This document shows, piece after piece, positions 1 through 8,460 of a stretch of DNA of 64,000 nt. A program made the position numbers and the translations under genes. Position 1 is the stretch's first letter. The number at the start of each line of letters is the position of its first letter. The notes beneath the pieces are model-generated. The model made no database searches, was not told where the DNA came from, and was given only the letters and a program-made list of their open reading frames with translations. Origin of the DNA: Prochlorococcaceae cyanobacterium (GTDB lineage Bacteria; Cyanobacteriota; Cyanobacteriia; PCC-6307; Cyanobiaceae); the NCBI GenBank assembly GCA_040399285.1, contig JBBASM010000004.1, positions 57,757-121,756 on the forward strand. The letters are read 5' to 3'.

Positions 1-448
1 GTTCATCGCCGGCCGCTTCACCTCCAACATCCGCGAACTGGAGGGCGCCCTCACCCGGGCGGTGGCCTTCGCCTCGATCACCGGCCTGCCGATGACCGTG
101 GAGTCGGTGGCGCCGATGCTCGATCCGGCCGGCAGCACCATGGAGGTGAAGCCGGACCAGGTGGTGGACAAGGTGGCGGAGGTGTTCGGCGTGGGGGCCG
201 ACGAGATGCGCAGCGCCAGCCGCAAGCGGGCCGTGAGCCAGGCCCGCCAGGTGGGCATGTACCTGATGCGCCAGAGCACCGATCTCTCCCTGCCACGCAT
301 TGGCGAGGTGTTCGGCGGCAAGGACCACTCCACGGTGATGTACGCCGTGGAGCAGACCGAAAAGAAGCTGAACAGTGATCCGGCCCTGGCGCGCCAGGTG
401 CAGCAGGTGCGCGACCTGCTGCAGATCGACTCGCGCAAGCGGCGCTAG
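1..448 (+). CDS. dnaA: Chromosomal replication initiator DnaA, C-terminal part (5' end lies outside the window)
   Basis: The frame is open from the window edge ([19 protein letters not shown]...). The C-terminal DNA-binding domain signature [11 protein letters not shown] is present, followed by ...[10 protein letters not shown] and a stop at 446-448. Confidence 0.9.
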   Translation, partial: FIAGRFTSNIRELEGALTRAVAFASITGLPMTVESVAPMLDPAGSTMEVKPDQVVDKVAEVFGVGADEMRSASRKRAVSQARQVGMYLMRQSTDLSLPRIGEVFGGKDHSTVMYAVEQTEKKLNSDPALARQVQQVRDLLQIDSRKRR

Positions 449-451
449 GGC

Positions 452-949
452 TCAGTTGCAGCCCTGCACGGAGATGCGATAGCTGAAGCCGAGGGCGCCG
501 GGATCGTTGCTGGCTCCCACCTTGAAGCTGATCTGGCCGATCTGCTTGCCGGGCACCTGCTGGTAAGGGCCGAACATCTTGCCGGTGCCGATGGGGGGGC
601 TCATCGTCACATTGAACAGCTGCAGATCAGTGTTATCGGAGAACTTCATGAAGCCCTCCACCGGGTACTGGGCCTTCGGGTCGGAGGAGTTGGCCGTGAA
701 GAAGAACTTGTAGGTGTTGTAGGGCCGGTCCACGATGAAGTCGGTCCACCAGTTGGTCTGGCCGATCAGCTTGCTGCGGCCCACCGTCTTGGCCACGATC
801 GGCGAGGTGCCGTCACCGCCGATCGGATTCAGGAACACGCAGGTTTCCGCCCGTACGCCGGTGGCACCGGAGAGCTGCAGGGCTGCGCCACACAGACTGA
901 AGAGCAGGGCCTTGCGCGAAGCGGTGATCATCGAGTGGGGGCTCGGCAT
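452..949 (-). CDS. Secreted hypothetical protein with a signal peptide and Cys residues near both mature termini
   Basis: N-terminus ...MITASRKALLFSLCGAALQLSGATGVRA/ETC looks like a Sec signal with an AxA-type cleavage site. The mature part is beta-rich and ends ...SVQGCN. Third codon positions are almost all G/C with mostly C-ending Phe/Asn/Tyr/Ile codons. An alternative ATG lies at 931. Confidence 0.8.
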   Translation of the reverse strand: MPSPHSMITASRKALLFSLCGAALQLSGATGVRAETCVFLNPIGGDGTSPIVAKTVGRSKLIGQTNWWTDFIVDRPYNTYKFFFTANSSDPKAQYPVEGFMKFSDNTDLQLFNVTMSPPIGTGKMFGPYQQVPGKQIGQISFKVGASNDPGALGFSYRISVQGCN

Positions 950-981
950 GGGGAGAGAGCGGAGCGGACTGCGCCCGAACC

Positions 982-1971
982 CTACGCCCGGACGTCCGCC
1001 CAGGCCTGGGTGAGCGGCCGGGCCGGATCAAGACCTTCCACCTCGCCGCGGAACACCCGGCTGGCGGTGATGTCTTCGGCTTCGATCGTCATCAGATCCA
1101 GCTTGGTGAGCTGGCTGCCCATGCCGTTGAACAGGCGGTTGGCCTGGCGCATCCGCGCCCGGTCGATGGCGTTGCGGATCGAGCGGGCGTTGGCGAAGAA
1201 GGGCAGTTGCATGCGCCGCTGGATGTAGTCGGCGAAGGCGGCGCGCGCCTCCTCACTGAAGCGGTAGTTCTCCTGGGCCAGGATCAGGCCGGCGATCAGC
1301 AGCAGTTCGTCGCCGCTGTAGTCCGGGAAGTCGATGTGGTTGGCCACCCTGGAGGAGAGACCCGGATTGCTCTGATAGAACACATCCATCCGCTCCTTGT
1401 AACCGGCGAAGATCACCACCAGGTCGTCGCGGTTGTTCTCCATCACCTGCAGCAGGATCTCGATCGCCTCGGCGCCGTAGTCGCGCTCGTTTTCCGGCCG
1501 GTAGAGGTAGTAGGCCTCGTCGATGAACAGCACCCCGCCCATCGCCTTCTTGAGCATCTCGCGGGTCTTGGGGGCGGTGTGACCGATGTACTGGCCAACC
1601 AGGTCGTCGCGGGTGGCGGTGACCACATGGCCCTTGCGCACATAACCGAGGCCGTGCAGGATCCTGCTCATCCGTTCGGCCACGGTGGTCTTGCCGGTGC
1701 CGGGCCGGCCGGTGAACGACATGTGCAGGCTGGGGGGCGCCGTTTCCAGGCCCACCTGCTGGCGCGCCCGGTTCACCACCAGCAGGGCGGCGATTTCGCG
1801 GATGCGGGCCTTCACCGGCTTTAGGCCGATCAGCTCCCGGTCGAGCTGGTCGAGGAGCGCCTGCACCCCAGCGCCCTCGTAGGCCGCCCGCAGGTCCACC
1901 TGGATGTCTGCGGCAGACTCGGCCTGGGCGGACTCGGCCTGGGCGGACTCGGCCGGATCAGAGGAGCGCAT
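982..1971 (-). CDS. cbbX: CbbX-type AAA+ protein (RuBisCO activase-like)
   Basis: Walker [12 protein letters not shown] and Walker [12 protein letters not shown] are present, followed by the CbbX-like run [40 protein letters not shown] chose the ATG at 1971 (MRSSDPAES...) because it avoids overlap with the upstream gene. The ORF track starts at 2001. Confidence 0.9.
   Translation of the reverse strand: MRSSDPAESAQAESAQAESAADIQVDLRAAYEGAGVQALLDQLDRELIGLKPVKARIREIAALLVVNRARQQVGLETAPPSLHMSFTGRPGTGKTTVAERMSRILHGLGYVRKGHVVTATRDDLVGQYIGHTAPKTREMLKKAMGGVLFIDEAYYLYRPENERDYGAEAIEILLQVMENNRDDLVVIFAGYKERMDVFYQSNPGLSSRVANHIDFPDYSGDELLLIAGLILAQENYRFSEEARAAFADYIQRRMQLPFFANARSIRNAIDRARMRQANRLFNGMGSQLTKLDLMTIEAEDITASRVFRGEVEGLDPARPLTQAWADVRA
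1916..1955. repeat. 15-bp tandem repeat, about 2.7 copies, inside the cbbX 5' region
   Basis: gactcggcctgggcg occurs twice (1916-1930 and 1931-1945), followed by the partial copy gactcggccg. It encodes (AESAQ) x3 in the CbbX N-terminus. Confidence 0.9.
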
Positions 1972-2212
1972 CGATGGCGGCGGCAATGCCGCGCTCAGCA
2001 TCTCCTACCGGTGCACCTTCGGTCTCGCTGCGCAGGGTGAGATTCACATAGGTGCGGCCGAAGCTGATGTCCGGGAAGCGCTGTTCGGCCTCGCAGAGGT
2101 CATTGAGCCGCTCCAGAAAGTCGCGGGTGGTGGCGTAATCGCCGAACTCGAAGCGCCGTTCCAGCCACTCAGGCTGGTCCGGTTTCGGTCGGGGTGTCCA
2201 GGGCTGCTCCAT
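1958..2212 (-). CDS. acRAF: Pterin-4a-carbinolamine dehydratase-like protein (alpha-carboxysome RuBisCO assembly factor type)
   Basis: 84-aa protein with PCD-fold-like sequence (...[48 protein letters not shown]...). It sits between chpX and cbbX, the position PCD-like genes take in alpha-carboxysome loci. Confidence 0.75.
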   Translation of the reverse strand: MEQPWTPRPKPDQPEWLERRFEFGDYATTRDFLERLNDLCEAEQRFPDISFGRTYVNLTLRSETEGAPVGDAERGIAAAIDALL

Positions 2213-2240
2213 GACGCAAACCTAGGCCAGCCCAGGAACG

Positions 2241-3383
2241 TCAACCCGCCAGACAATCGGTGCGGCCGCGGCTGAGGCGCTCGGCCCAGGCCAGGGCATG
2301 GGCCCGGTTGGCGGCCTGCTGCCGGGGATCGGCGCTGTCGAGGGGATGGGGCATCGTGCCGGCGATGGTGGCGTTGGTGACGCAGAACATCGCCTTCTGG
2401 AAGCTGCGGCAGATCTTCACGTGCACATCGCCTTCGCCGCGGCCGCCCTGCCGGTACCAGCGGTGCAGGGGTTCGGGCAGGTGGCGGAACATGTCCTGCA
2501 TCAGCAGGCTGGGGGGGATGCCGGCCCCCATCGTGGGCAGGGGGTCGGCATAGAGCGCGCCGTAGGCAAAGCTGCCCTGGTCGGGGGAGATCTGCTCGGC
2601 CTGGGCGTTGAAGCTCACCGTGCCGAAGAAGGGCGTGCCCCGCAGGAACACCGCCTCCACGTAGGGCAGGGCCACGTCCACCAGGAACGTGAGCCCCGCC
2701 TCCGGCGGCAGCACCCAGAACCGCTCGCCGCCCACGGTCACCCCGTAGTGGATCGGGTTGGCCACCGCCGCCACCAGCCCCTGCTTGATGAATTCCACCA
2801 CGGCTGGAATCGAGCCCACCTCCCCCCGGCGCTCGGCCCGGGCCAGGTCGAGGAACAGGTCACTCATCACCCGCCAGAACTGCCCCAGGGCATGCACCGT
2901 GGCGGCGGTGCGGATCAACTCCGGCAGAAAGCTGGGCGCCAGCGGATGGAGCAGGGCCATCAGCGGATCGCGGCGGCGCTTGGCGGCAATGATCGCGCCG
3001 CAACCGGCGGCGAACTCGGCTGAATCGAGATAGGCGTCCAGCCCACCGGTGCCATGCCAGAGCATCGACTTCATGCAGTACTCGGCGTACTCGAAATTGA
3101 TGCGGTCGTGGTTGAGGTGGCGCCAGAGGCGGGCCGGATTGAGGTTGCCGTCGAAATACTTGAAGACCGGAAACGGATTGAGGAACTGCTCCTCGGCCTG
3201 GTAGACGAGGTTGTTGCTGTAGGCATCGAGCACCTCGCCGTAGCTCTCCAGCACCCCCACCACCTCCAGCAGGTGCTGGCCACTGTCCTGCAGGAGGGTT
3301 TCACCGGCCAGCAGGGTGGCGGCCAGCTCCTCGGCCGGCGGCATCGGCCCGGAGCGCACCAGATCGGCGGGAACCACCGGCAT
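2241..3383 (-). CDS. chpX: CO2 hydration protein ChpX (CupB) of the NDH-1(4) CO2-uptake complex
   Basis: This is the C-terminal 380 aa of track ORF 2241..4484, starting MPVVPADLVRSGP.... ChpX/ChpY-family sequence is present (NLVYQAEEQFLNPFPVFKYFDGNLNP, HDRINFEYAEYCMKSMLWHGTGGLDAYLDS). Its ATG at 3383..3381 overlaps the ndhD4 stop (ATGA). Confidence 0.85.
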   Translation of the reverse strand: MPVVPADLVRSGPMPPAEELAATLLAGETLLQDSGQHLLEVVGVLESYGEVLDAYSNNLVYQAEEQFLNPFPVFKYFDGNLNPARLWRHLNHDRINFEYAEYCMKSMLWHGTGGLDAYLDSAEFAAGCGAIIAAKRRRDPLMALLHPLAPSFLPELIRTAATVHALGQFWRVMSDLFLDLARAERRGEVGSIPAVVEFIKQGLVAAVANPIHYGVTVGGERFWVLPPEAGLTFLVDVALPYVEAVFLRGTPFFGTVSFNAQAEQISPDQGSFAYGALYADPLPTMGAGIPPSLLMQDMFRHLPEPLHRWYRQGGRGEGDVHVKICRSFQKAMFCVTNATIAGTMPHPLDSADPRQQAANRAHALAWAERLSRGRTDCLAG

Positions 3384-4942
3384 CAGCCCAGCCCCCCCCC
3401 GCTGCCGCCGCTCGCCAGCAGCAGCGGCAACTGGGCCATGGCGGTGGTGGTGGCCTCCGTGATCCGGCCCAGGGGAGCCGGCAGCAGCCCGAGCGCCACC
3501 ACGGCGATCGCCAGGGCAAGGGCCGGCAGGGTTTCGCGCGGGGCCACCGAGGGCAGCTGCACATCGAGGCGCCCATCGCGCGCTGGGTCGGTGTGCGGGG
3601 TGATCGCCAGCCGTCCGAAGAAGGCCCGGTTCACCAGCAGCAGGAAATACACGGCCGTGAGCCCCGATCCCACGATGCACAGCAGGGTGGCCAGCGGGAA
3701 GGCCTGCAGGCTGCCCCGGAACACCAGAAACTCCGAGATGAAGCCGGCCATGCCCGGCAGACCGGCGCTGGCCATCACCCCCAGCACCATCAGGCTGCCC
3801 GTGAGCGGCAGCCCCCGCTGGGGGTTGAGCAGGCCGTGGAGCACGTCCAGGTCGCGGGTGCCGGTCTTGCGGTACACGATGCCCACCAGCAGGAACAACA
3901 GGGCAGAGATCAGGCCATGGCTCACCATCTGAAACTGGGCCCCCAGCAGGGCCACCGGGCTGGCGGCCGCGGCCGCCAGCAGGATCGTGCCCATGTGGCC
4001 CACCGAGCTGTAGGCCACCATCCGCTTCATGTCCCGCTGGGCGATCGCCGCCAGGGAGCCGAACAGCACCGACACGGCAGCCCAGATGGCCAGGGCCGGC
4101 GCCAGCCGCGCCCAGGCCTCGGGGAACAGTCCCAGACCGAAGCGCAGCAGGCCGTAGGTGCCCAGCTTGAGCAGCACCCCGGCCAGCAGCACCGACACCG
4201 GCGTGGAGGCCTGGGTGTGGGCATCGGGTAGCCAGGTGTGGAAGGGCACCAGCGGCATCTTGATGCCGAAGCCAACCAGCAGGGCCCCCAGCAGCAGCAG
4301 CTGGCTGCCCATGGCCAGGCGCTCGCTGGTCACCGGGGTGAGGCTGAAGTCCACCGTGCCGGTGAACAGGGCCAGCCCCAGGAAGGCCCCCAGGATCAAC
4401 ATGCCGGATACGGCAGTGAAGATCAGGAACTTGGTGGCGGCATAGGCCCGGTTGGCGCCGCCCCAGACCGAGATCAACAGCCACAGGGGGATCAGCTCCA
4501 GCTCATAGAACAGGAAGAACAGCAGCAGGTTGTCGGCCAGGAAGGCGCCGTTCACCGCGGCGCTGATCAGCAGCAGCAGGGCGAAGTAGAGACGCGGGCG
4601 GCGGCTGAGCTCCCGGGTGCACACCACCGACACCAGGGTGAGGGCGCCGTTGATCAGCACCAGGGGCAGCGACAGGCCATCCACCCCCAGCCAGTAGTTC
4701 AGGCCGATGCCCGGCAGCCAGGCCTGGCGTTCCCGCAGCTGCAGGCCGGCCTGGTCGGGATCGAACAGCAGCAGCACCAGAGCGCTCACCAGCAGCTGCA
4801 GCAGCAGGCTCACAATCGCGCCACCCCGCAGGCGGTTCGGACTGGGCTCACCCGGCCACACCAGCATCAGCAAGGCCCCGAGCAGGGGAAGGGCGATCAG
4901 CAGAGAAAGCAGGGGTAGGGAGGCGAGGGCTGCGGCGTTCAT
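3383..4942 (-). CDS. ndhD4: NAD(P)H-quinone oxidoreductase chain 4, CO2-uptake paralog NdhD4
   Basis: Starts MNAALASLPLLSLLIALPLLG.... Complex I chain 4 motifs are present (FFLFYELELIPLWLLISVWGG, MPLVPFHTWLPDAHTQASTPVSVLLAGVLLKLGTYG, MVAYSSVGHMG). It lies between ndhF4 and chpX, and its ATG overlaps the ndhF4 stop. Confidence 0.85.
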   Translation of the reverse strand: MNAAALASLPLLSLLIALPLLGALLMLVWPGEPSPNRLRGGAIVSLLLQLLVSALVLLLFDPDQAGLQLRERQAWLPGIGLNYWLGVDGLSLPLVLINGALTLVSVVCTRELSRRPRLYFALLLLISAAVNGAFLADNLLLFFLFYELELIPLWLLISVWGGANRAYAATKFLIFTAVSGMLILGAFLGLALFTGTVDFSLTPVTSERLAMGSQLLLLGALLVGFGIKMPLVPFHTWLPDAHTQASTPVSVLLAGVLLKLGTYGLLRFGLGLFPEAWARLAPALAIWAAVSVLFGSLAAIAQRDMKRMVAYSSVGHMGTILLAAAAASPVALLGAQFQMVSHGLISALLFLLVGIVYRKTGTRDLDVLHGLLNPQRGLPLTGSLMVLGVMASAGLPGMAGFISEFLVFRGSLQAFPLATLLCIVGSGLTAVYFLLLVNRAFFGRLAITPHTDPARDGRLDVQLPSVAPRETLPALALAIAVVALGLLPAPLGRITEATTTAMAQLPLLLASGGSGGGLG

Positions 4943-6828
4943 GGCAGCACCTCCGCGCCGCTGAACCAGCTCAGGGCGGTGAGCGCGAGCACGATCGCCA
5001 CGATCACGGTGAGCACATAGGTCTGCATCTGGCCGCTCACCCCCAGCTTGAGGCTCTCGGCACTCTGCAGCGAAGCCCGGCCGATGCCGTTCACCAGCCC
5101 GTTCACCAGCCGCTGATCCAGCCAGTTGGTGAGGCGAGCCAGGTTGGCCACCAGGGCCACGATCGTGGCCCGGTAGATGCGGTCGGTGTAGAAGTCGAAG
5201 GCCAGCAGGTCCTGCAGGCTGCGGATGGTCTTCACCCGGGAGCGGGAGCGCAGCTGGTCGAGGGGCATCCACACGCCGAGCAGCACCCCCAGGGCTCCGC
5301 TCACGCTCACCCCGAGGGCCACGACCAGGGGGAAGGCGTTGATGCCGGGGATCGGATCGATGCGCTGCATCAGCAGGGGGGTAAGCAGCACGATCACCGT
5401 GAGGCTCACCATCGGCAGCACCATCAGCCAGTTCGACTCGGGGCAGCGGCGGGTCTTGGGCAGCGGAGCCCCCAGGAACACCCCGCGGAACACCCGGGTG
5501 AGGTTGGCGGCCGTGAGCAGGTTGGTGAGCAGAAACACGCCGGCAAACACCGGCGAGCTGTCGAACAGGGCGTGCACAGCCTGGCCGAAGCACCAGTAGC
5601 AACCCAGGGGCAGCAGCCCCACCAGGCCGGCCGCCGCCACCAGGTAGGCGCTGAGGGTGGCCGGCATGCGCCGGCCGATGCCGCTCAGCTCGGTGAGGTC
5701 CTGACAGTTGGTGTTGGCGATCACACTGCCCACGCTCATGAACAGCAGTGCCTTGGCCAGGCCGTGGCTGAGCAGCAGCAACAGGGCGATCCCCGGCTGC
5801 TGCAGGGCGATGGCCACGAACACCAGGCCCAGATAGGAGGTGGTGGAGTAAGAAAAAGCCCGCTTGAGGTCCACCTGGGCCAGGGCCACCAGGGCACCGG
5901 CTACGGCGCTGATGCTGCCCACCGCCAGCAGCACGTCGGTGGCCACCAGCGACAGCTGCAGCAGGGGCATCAGCTTCATCAGCACCAGCGCCCCGGCGGT
6001 GACCACCACCGAGTTGCGCAGGATCGAGGCCGGATTGGGACCCTCCATCGCCTCGTCCAGCCAGAGGTGCATGGGGAACTGGGCGCACTTGCCCATGGGC
6101 CCGGCAATCAGGCCCAGCCCCAGCAGGGTTCCCGCCAGGGGGGAGATCAGCTGCTGGTCGCGGGCGGCAGCGGCCCAGCTGTAGAGGTCGGTGAACTCCA
6201 TCGAGCCCGACCAGGAGGCCAGGGCCACCACGCTCATCAGCAGCAGCACATCGCCCACCCGCTTGGTGAAGAAGGCATCGCGCGCCGCTGTCACCACCAG
6301 GGGCTGGGCATACCAGAAGCCCACCAGCAGATAGGTGGAGAGCGTGAGCATCTCCAGCAGGAAATAGCAGAAGAAGAGGTTGCTGCTCAGCACCACGCCG
6401 CACAGCGCCCCTTCAAAGAAACCCAGCAGGCCGTAGAAGCGCGCCAGCGACCACTCCTTGTCGAAATAGCCCAGGGCGAACACCTGAGCGATCAGGCTCA
6501 TCACGGTCACCAGCTGCAGGGCCGCCAGGCTGGTGAGCGAGAGGTCGAAACCAATGCGCAGGTCGAGGTCAGCGGCGCGGAACCAGCCCACGCTCAGGTG
6601 ATGGGGACCGCCCTGCCACACATCCCAGAGCGCCAGGCTGCCATGCAGCACCGCCAGCACGGTGAACAGGATCGTGAGATAGGCCGCAGGCCGCTGGCCA
6701 TTGCGGGGGAACCAGCCGGCAGCCCAGGGCAGCACCAGCACCATGCCGCTGAAGCCGTACACCGGCAGCAGCCAGGCTAGCTGGAGTGACAGGGGCAGGG
6801 GAGCGGCCAAAGGCACCGGAGAGAACAA
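4939..6828 (-). CDS. ndhF4: NAD(P)H-quinone oxidoreductase chain 5, CO2-uptake paralog NdhF4
   Basis: 629-aa polytopic protein with chain-5 motifs (FFCYFLLEMLTLSTYLLVGFWY, GKCAQFPMHLWLDEAMEGPNPAS, SYSTTSYLGLVF). The gene order ndhF-ndhD-chpX is diagnostic of the CO2-uptake NDH-1 variant. Confidence 0.85.
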   Translation of the reverse strand: MFSPVPLAAPLPLSLQLAWLLPVYGFSGMVLVLPWAAGWFPRNGQRPAAYLTILFTVLAVLHGSLALWDVWQGGPHHLSVGWFRAADLDLRIGFDLSLTSLAALQLVTVMSLIAQVFALGYFDKEWSLARFYGLLGFFEGALCGVVLSSNLFFCYFLLEMLTLSTYLLVGFWYAQPLVVTAARDAFFTKRVGDVLLLMSVVALASWSGSMEFTDLYSWAAAARDQQLISPLAGTLLGLGLIAGPMGKCAQFPMHLWLDEAMEGPNPASILRNSVVVTAGALVLMKLMPLLQLSLVATDVLLAVGSISAVAGALVALAQVDLKRAFSYSTTSYLGLVFVAIALQQPGIALLLLLSHGLAKALLFMSVGSVIANTNCQDLTELSGIGRRMPATLSAYLVAAAGLVGLLPLGCYWCFGQAVHALFDSSPVFAGVFLLTNLLTAANLTRVFRGVFLGAPLPKTRRCPESNWLMVLPMVSLTVIVLLTPLLMQRIDPIPGINAFPLVVALGVSVSGALGVLLGVWMPLDQLRSRSRVKTIRSLQDLLAFDFYTDRIYRATIVALVANLARLTNWLDQRLVNGLVNGIGRASLQSAESLKLGVSGQMQTYVLTVIVAIVLALTALSWFSGAEVLP

Positions 6829-7023
6829 CGACGGGGCGGGGAGGACGTGCGGGCGAGGAGGAGAGAACCGTCGGCGGAGATGTCAGAGGGGTGCTGGACA
6901 GAGTGAAGTCGGGGGGCTTGACAGGGTTGACTGGCCTGGGATCCAGCGGGCTGGCGGTGGAACTGGCCGGCGATGGAGCTGGCAGTGGAGCCGGAGGAAT
7001 GCGAGGGCGATGGGGACGCCAGC

Positions 7024-7497
7024 TCAGAATCTGGCCCGATCGGGCGACGTGACGGCCGCTCCGTTCAGGCTGCCCAACCAGGCGGCGAGCTCCTCGGCAT
7101 GGTGCTGTTCGTCGTCGAGAAGGCGCTGGAACAGTTGCTGGTTGCCAGTGTCGCCATGGTGCAGGCAGAAACGGCTGGCCTCGGCATAGAGATTCACCAG
7201 GTCGTCCTCCAGGGCCAGGTCGTGACGCAGCAGGCAGGCCAGATCGGGGCCATGGGCAGCGGGACGCAACTGGGAGGCTGCCGGGGCCACCTCCAGGCTG
7301 AGCATGTGCCGCACCAGGGTCTCGGCATGGCCCATCTCCTCCAGCATCTCCTGGCGGAAACGGCGGGCCGCATCCCCGTCACCCCAGGCCTCCGTGAGGG
7401 TGGCCTGGGTCAGGTACTGCTGCACGGCCGTGAGTTCCAGGCTGAGGGCCCGGCCCAGATAGCCCAGGACGCGCGGATGCACGGCGTCCATGGGCAT
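7024..7497 (-). CDS. Ferritin-like / bacterioferritin-like di-iron four-helix-bundle protein
   Basis: 157 aa with four spaced carboxylate/His motifs: LELTAVQQY, EEMGHAE, ALEDDL and DEQHHAEE. This is the E, ExxH, E, ExxH pattern of the ferritin-like superfamily. Its ATG overlaps the csoS1E stop (ATGA at 7495-7499). Confidence 0.75.
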   Translation of the reverse strand: MPMDAVHPRVLGYLGRALSLELTAVQQYLTQATLTEAWGDGDAARRFRQEMLEEMGHAETLVRHMLSLEVAPAASQLRPAAHGPDLACLLRHDLALEDDLVNLYAEASRFCLHHGDTGNQQLFQRLLDDEQHHAEELAAWLGSLNGAAVTSPDRARF

Positions 7498-8156
7498 CAG
7501 AGACGGCGGCGCACGCCGCTGTTCAGCAGGGCGGGTTCCACTTCGCTATGGGGGCGGGCGATGATGTGGGCCGCCACCAGGCCGTCGCCCACCCGCTCAC
7601 AGGCATCGGCGCCGGCGCGAACTGCGGCGTTCACGGCACCGGTCTCTCCACGCACCAGCACGGTCACATAGCCACCGCCCACGAATTCACGGGCCACCAT
7701 GGTGACCTCGGCCGCCTTGGTCATGGCATCGGCCGCCTCGATGGCGGGCACCAGACCGCGGGTTTCGATCATGCCCAGGGCAATGCCCTTGCTCGGCCGC
7801 TCGGGGGTGGTTGGGGTGGCCTTGGCCACCGCTCCGCCCCTGCGGCCAGCACCGGCGCCACCGGCAGCACTGCTGCTGCGGCCGCGGCTGCTGGCGGCCG
7901 TGGTGGCCACCGGCCGGCGGGTTGGGGTGGCGGCACTGGAGCGGCGGGTGGTGGTGCTGCGGCTGCTGCGGCTGGCACTGCGGCTGCTGGCGCTGCTGCT
8001 GGCCGGCAGGGCCTTGCTGGCTGCAGCGCTGCTGGCCACGGGGGTGGCGGTGACGGGCTTGGCGGCAGTGGCCGCTGCGGAGGTAGCAGCAGCGCTGCTG
8101 CTGGCAGGGGTGGCAGGGCTGGGGGTGGAGCCGGCGGAAGTGCTGGAGCTGGCCAT
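7497..8156 (-). CDS. csoS1E: Carboxysome shell protein CsoS1E (single BMC domain with a long low-complexity N-terminal extension)
   Basis: The C-terminal 87 aa (GIALGMIETRGLVPAIEAADAMTKAAEV...AHIIARPHSEVEPAL) are nearly identical to CsoS1. The N-terminal roughly 120 aa are Ser/Ala/Thr/Arg-rich. Confidence 0.8.
   Translation of the reverse strand: MASSSTSAGSTPSPATPASSSAAATSAAATAAKPVTATPVASSAAASKALPASSSASSRSASRSSRSTTTRRSSAATPTRRPVATTAASSRGRSSSAAGGAGAGRRGGAVAKATPTTPERPSKGIALGMIETRGLVPAIEAADAMTKAAEVTMVAREFVGGGYVTVLVRGETGAVNAAVRAGADACERVGDGLVAAHIIARPHSEVEPALLNSGVRRRL
7527..7787. repeat. Paralogous BMC-domain DNA repeat, copy in csoS1E
   Basis: This 261-nt segment aligns colinearly with 14878-15138 (csoS1). 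By eye most positions are identical, and most differences fall in third codon positions. Confidence 0.8.
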
Positions 8157-8208
8157 GGCGTTCAGGAAAGGGAGGGAGGCGGTGGAGCTGAATGGGCTGG
8201 GAGGTCAG

Positions 8209-8460
8209 TCAGCCATCGGGCTCCCAGAAATCGATGATCCCGCCGATCGTCAGGTCGGTGTAGACGTCCGGGTTAGGGCAGGCCCAACGGGCCGCCGAAC
8301 CACTGGCGGTGAACACCCAGTTGCCGGGGGAGGCCCCGACCGGATCGACAGCCACGTTGAGCTTGCCCTTGGAGGTGCGCAGCACCCGCAGGTTGGAGTG
8401 GTCGAGCCCACCGACGCGCTGGGTGCAGACCAAGGACCCCACCACCTGCATGATTTCCAT
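8209..8460 (-). CDS. csoS4B: Carboxysome vertex pentamer protein CsoS4B (EutN/CcmL family)
   Basis: MEIMQVVGSLVCTQRVGGLDHSNLRVLR...TDLTIGGIIDFWEPDG is EutN/CcmL-like. Its ATG at 8460 shares one base with the csoS4A stop (TGATG). An alternative GTG lies at 8463. Confidence 0.85.
   Translation of the reverse strand: MEIMQVVGSLVCTQRVGGLDHSNLRVLRTSKGKLNVAVDPVGASPGNWVFTASGSAARWACPNPDVYTDLTIGGIIDFWEPDG

Noticed and set aside
452-949. Lower overall GC of the secreted-protein gene as a sign of horizontal acquisition
   Set aside because: Third codon positions are almost entirely G/C, as in native highly expressed genes. The lower total GC comes from a Lys/Phe/Asn/Tyr-rich amino-acid composition.
2241-6403. 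Apparent 747-aa and 1006-aa minus-strand ORFs (2241..4484 and 3383..6403) suggesting giant fusion proteins
   Set aside because: Their N-terminal halves are out-of-frame read-through across the upstream gene (Pro/Gly/Ala/Arg-rich nonsense). The real genes (chpX, ndhD4) start at internal ATGs that overlap the preceding stop codons (ATGA at 3381-3385 and 4939-4942).
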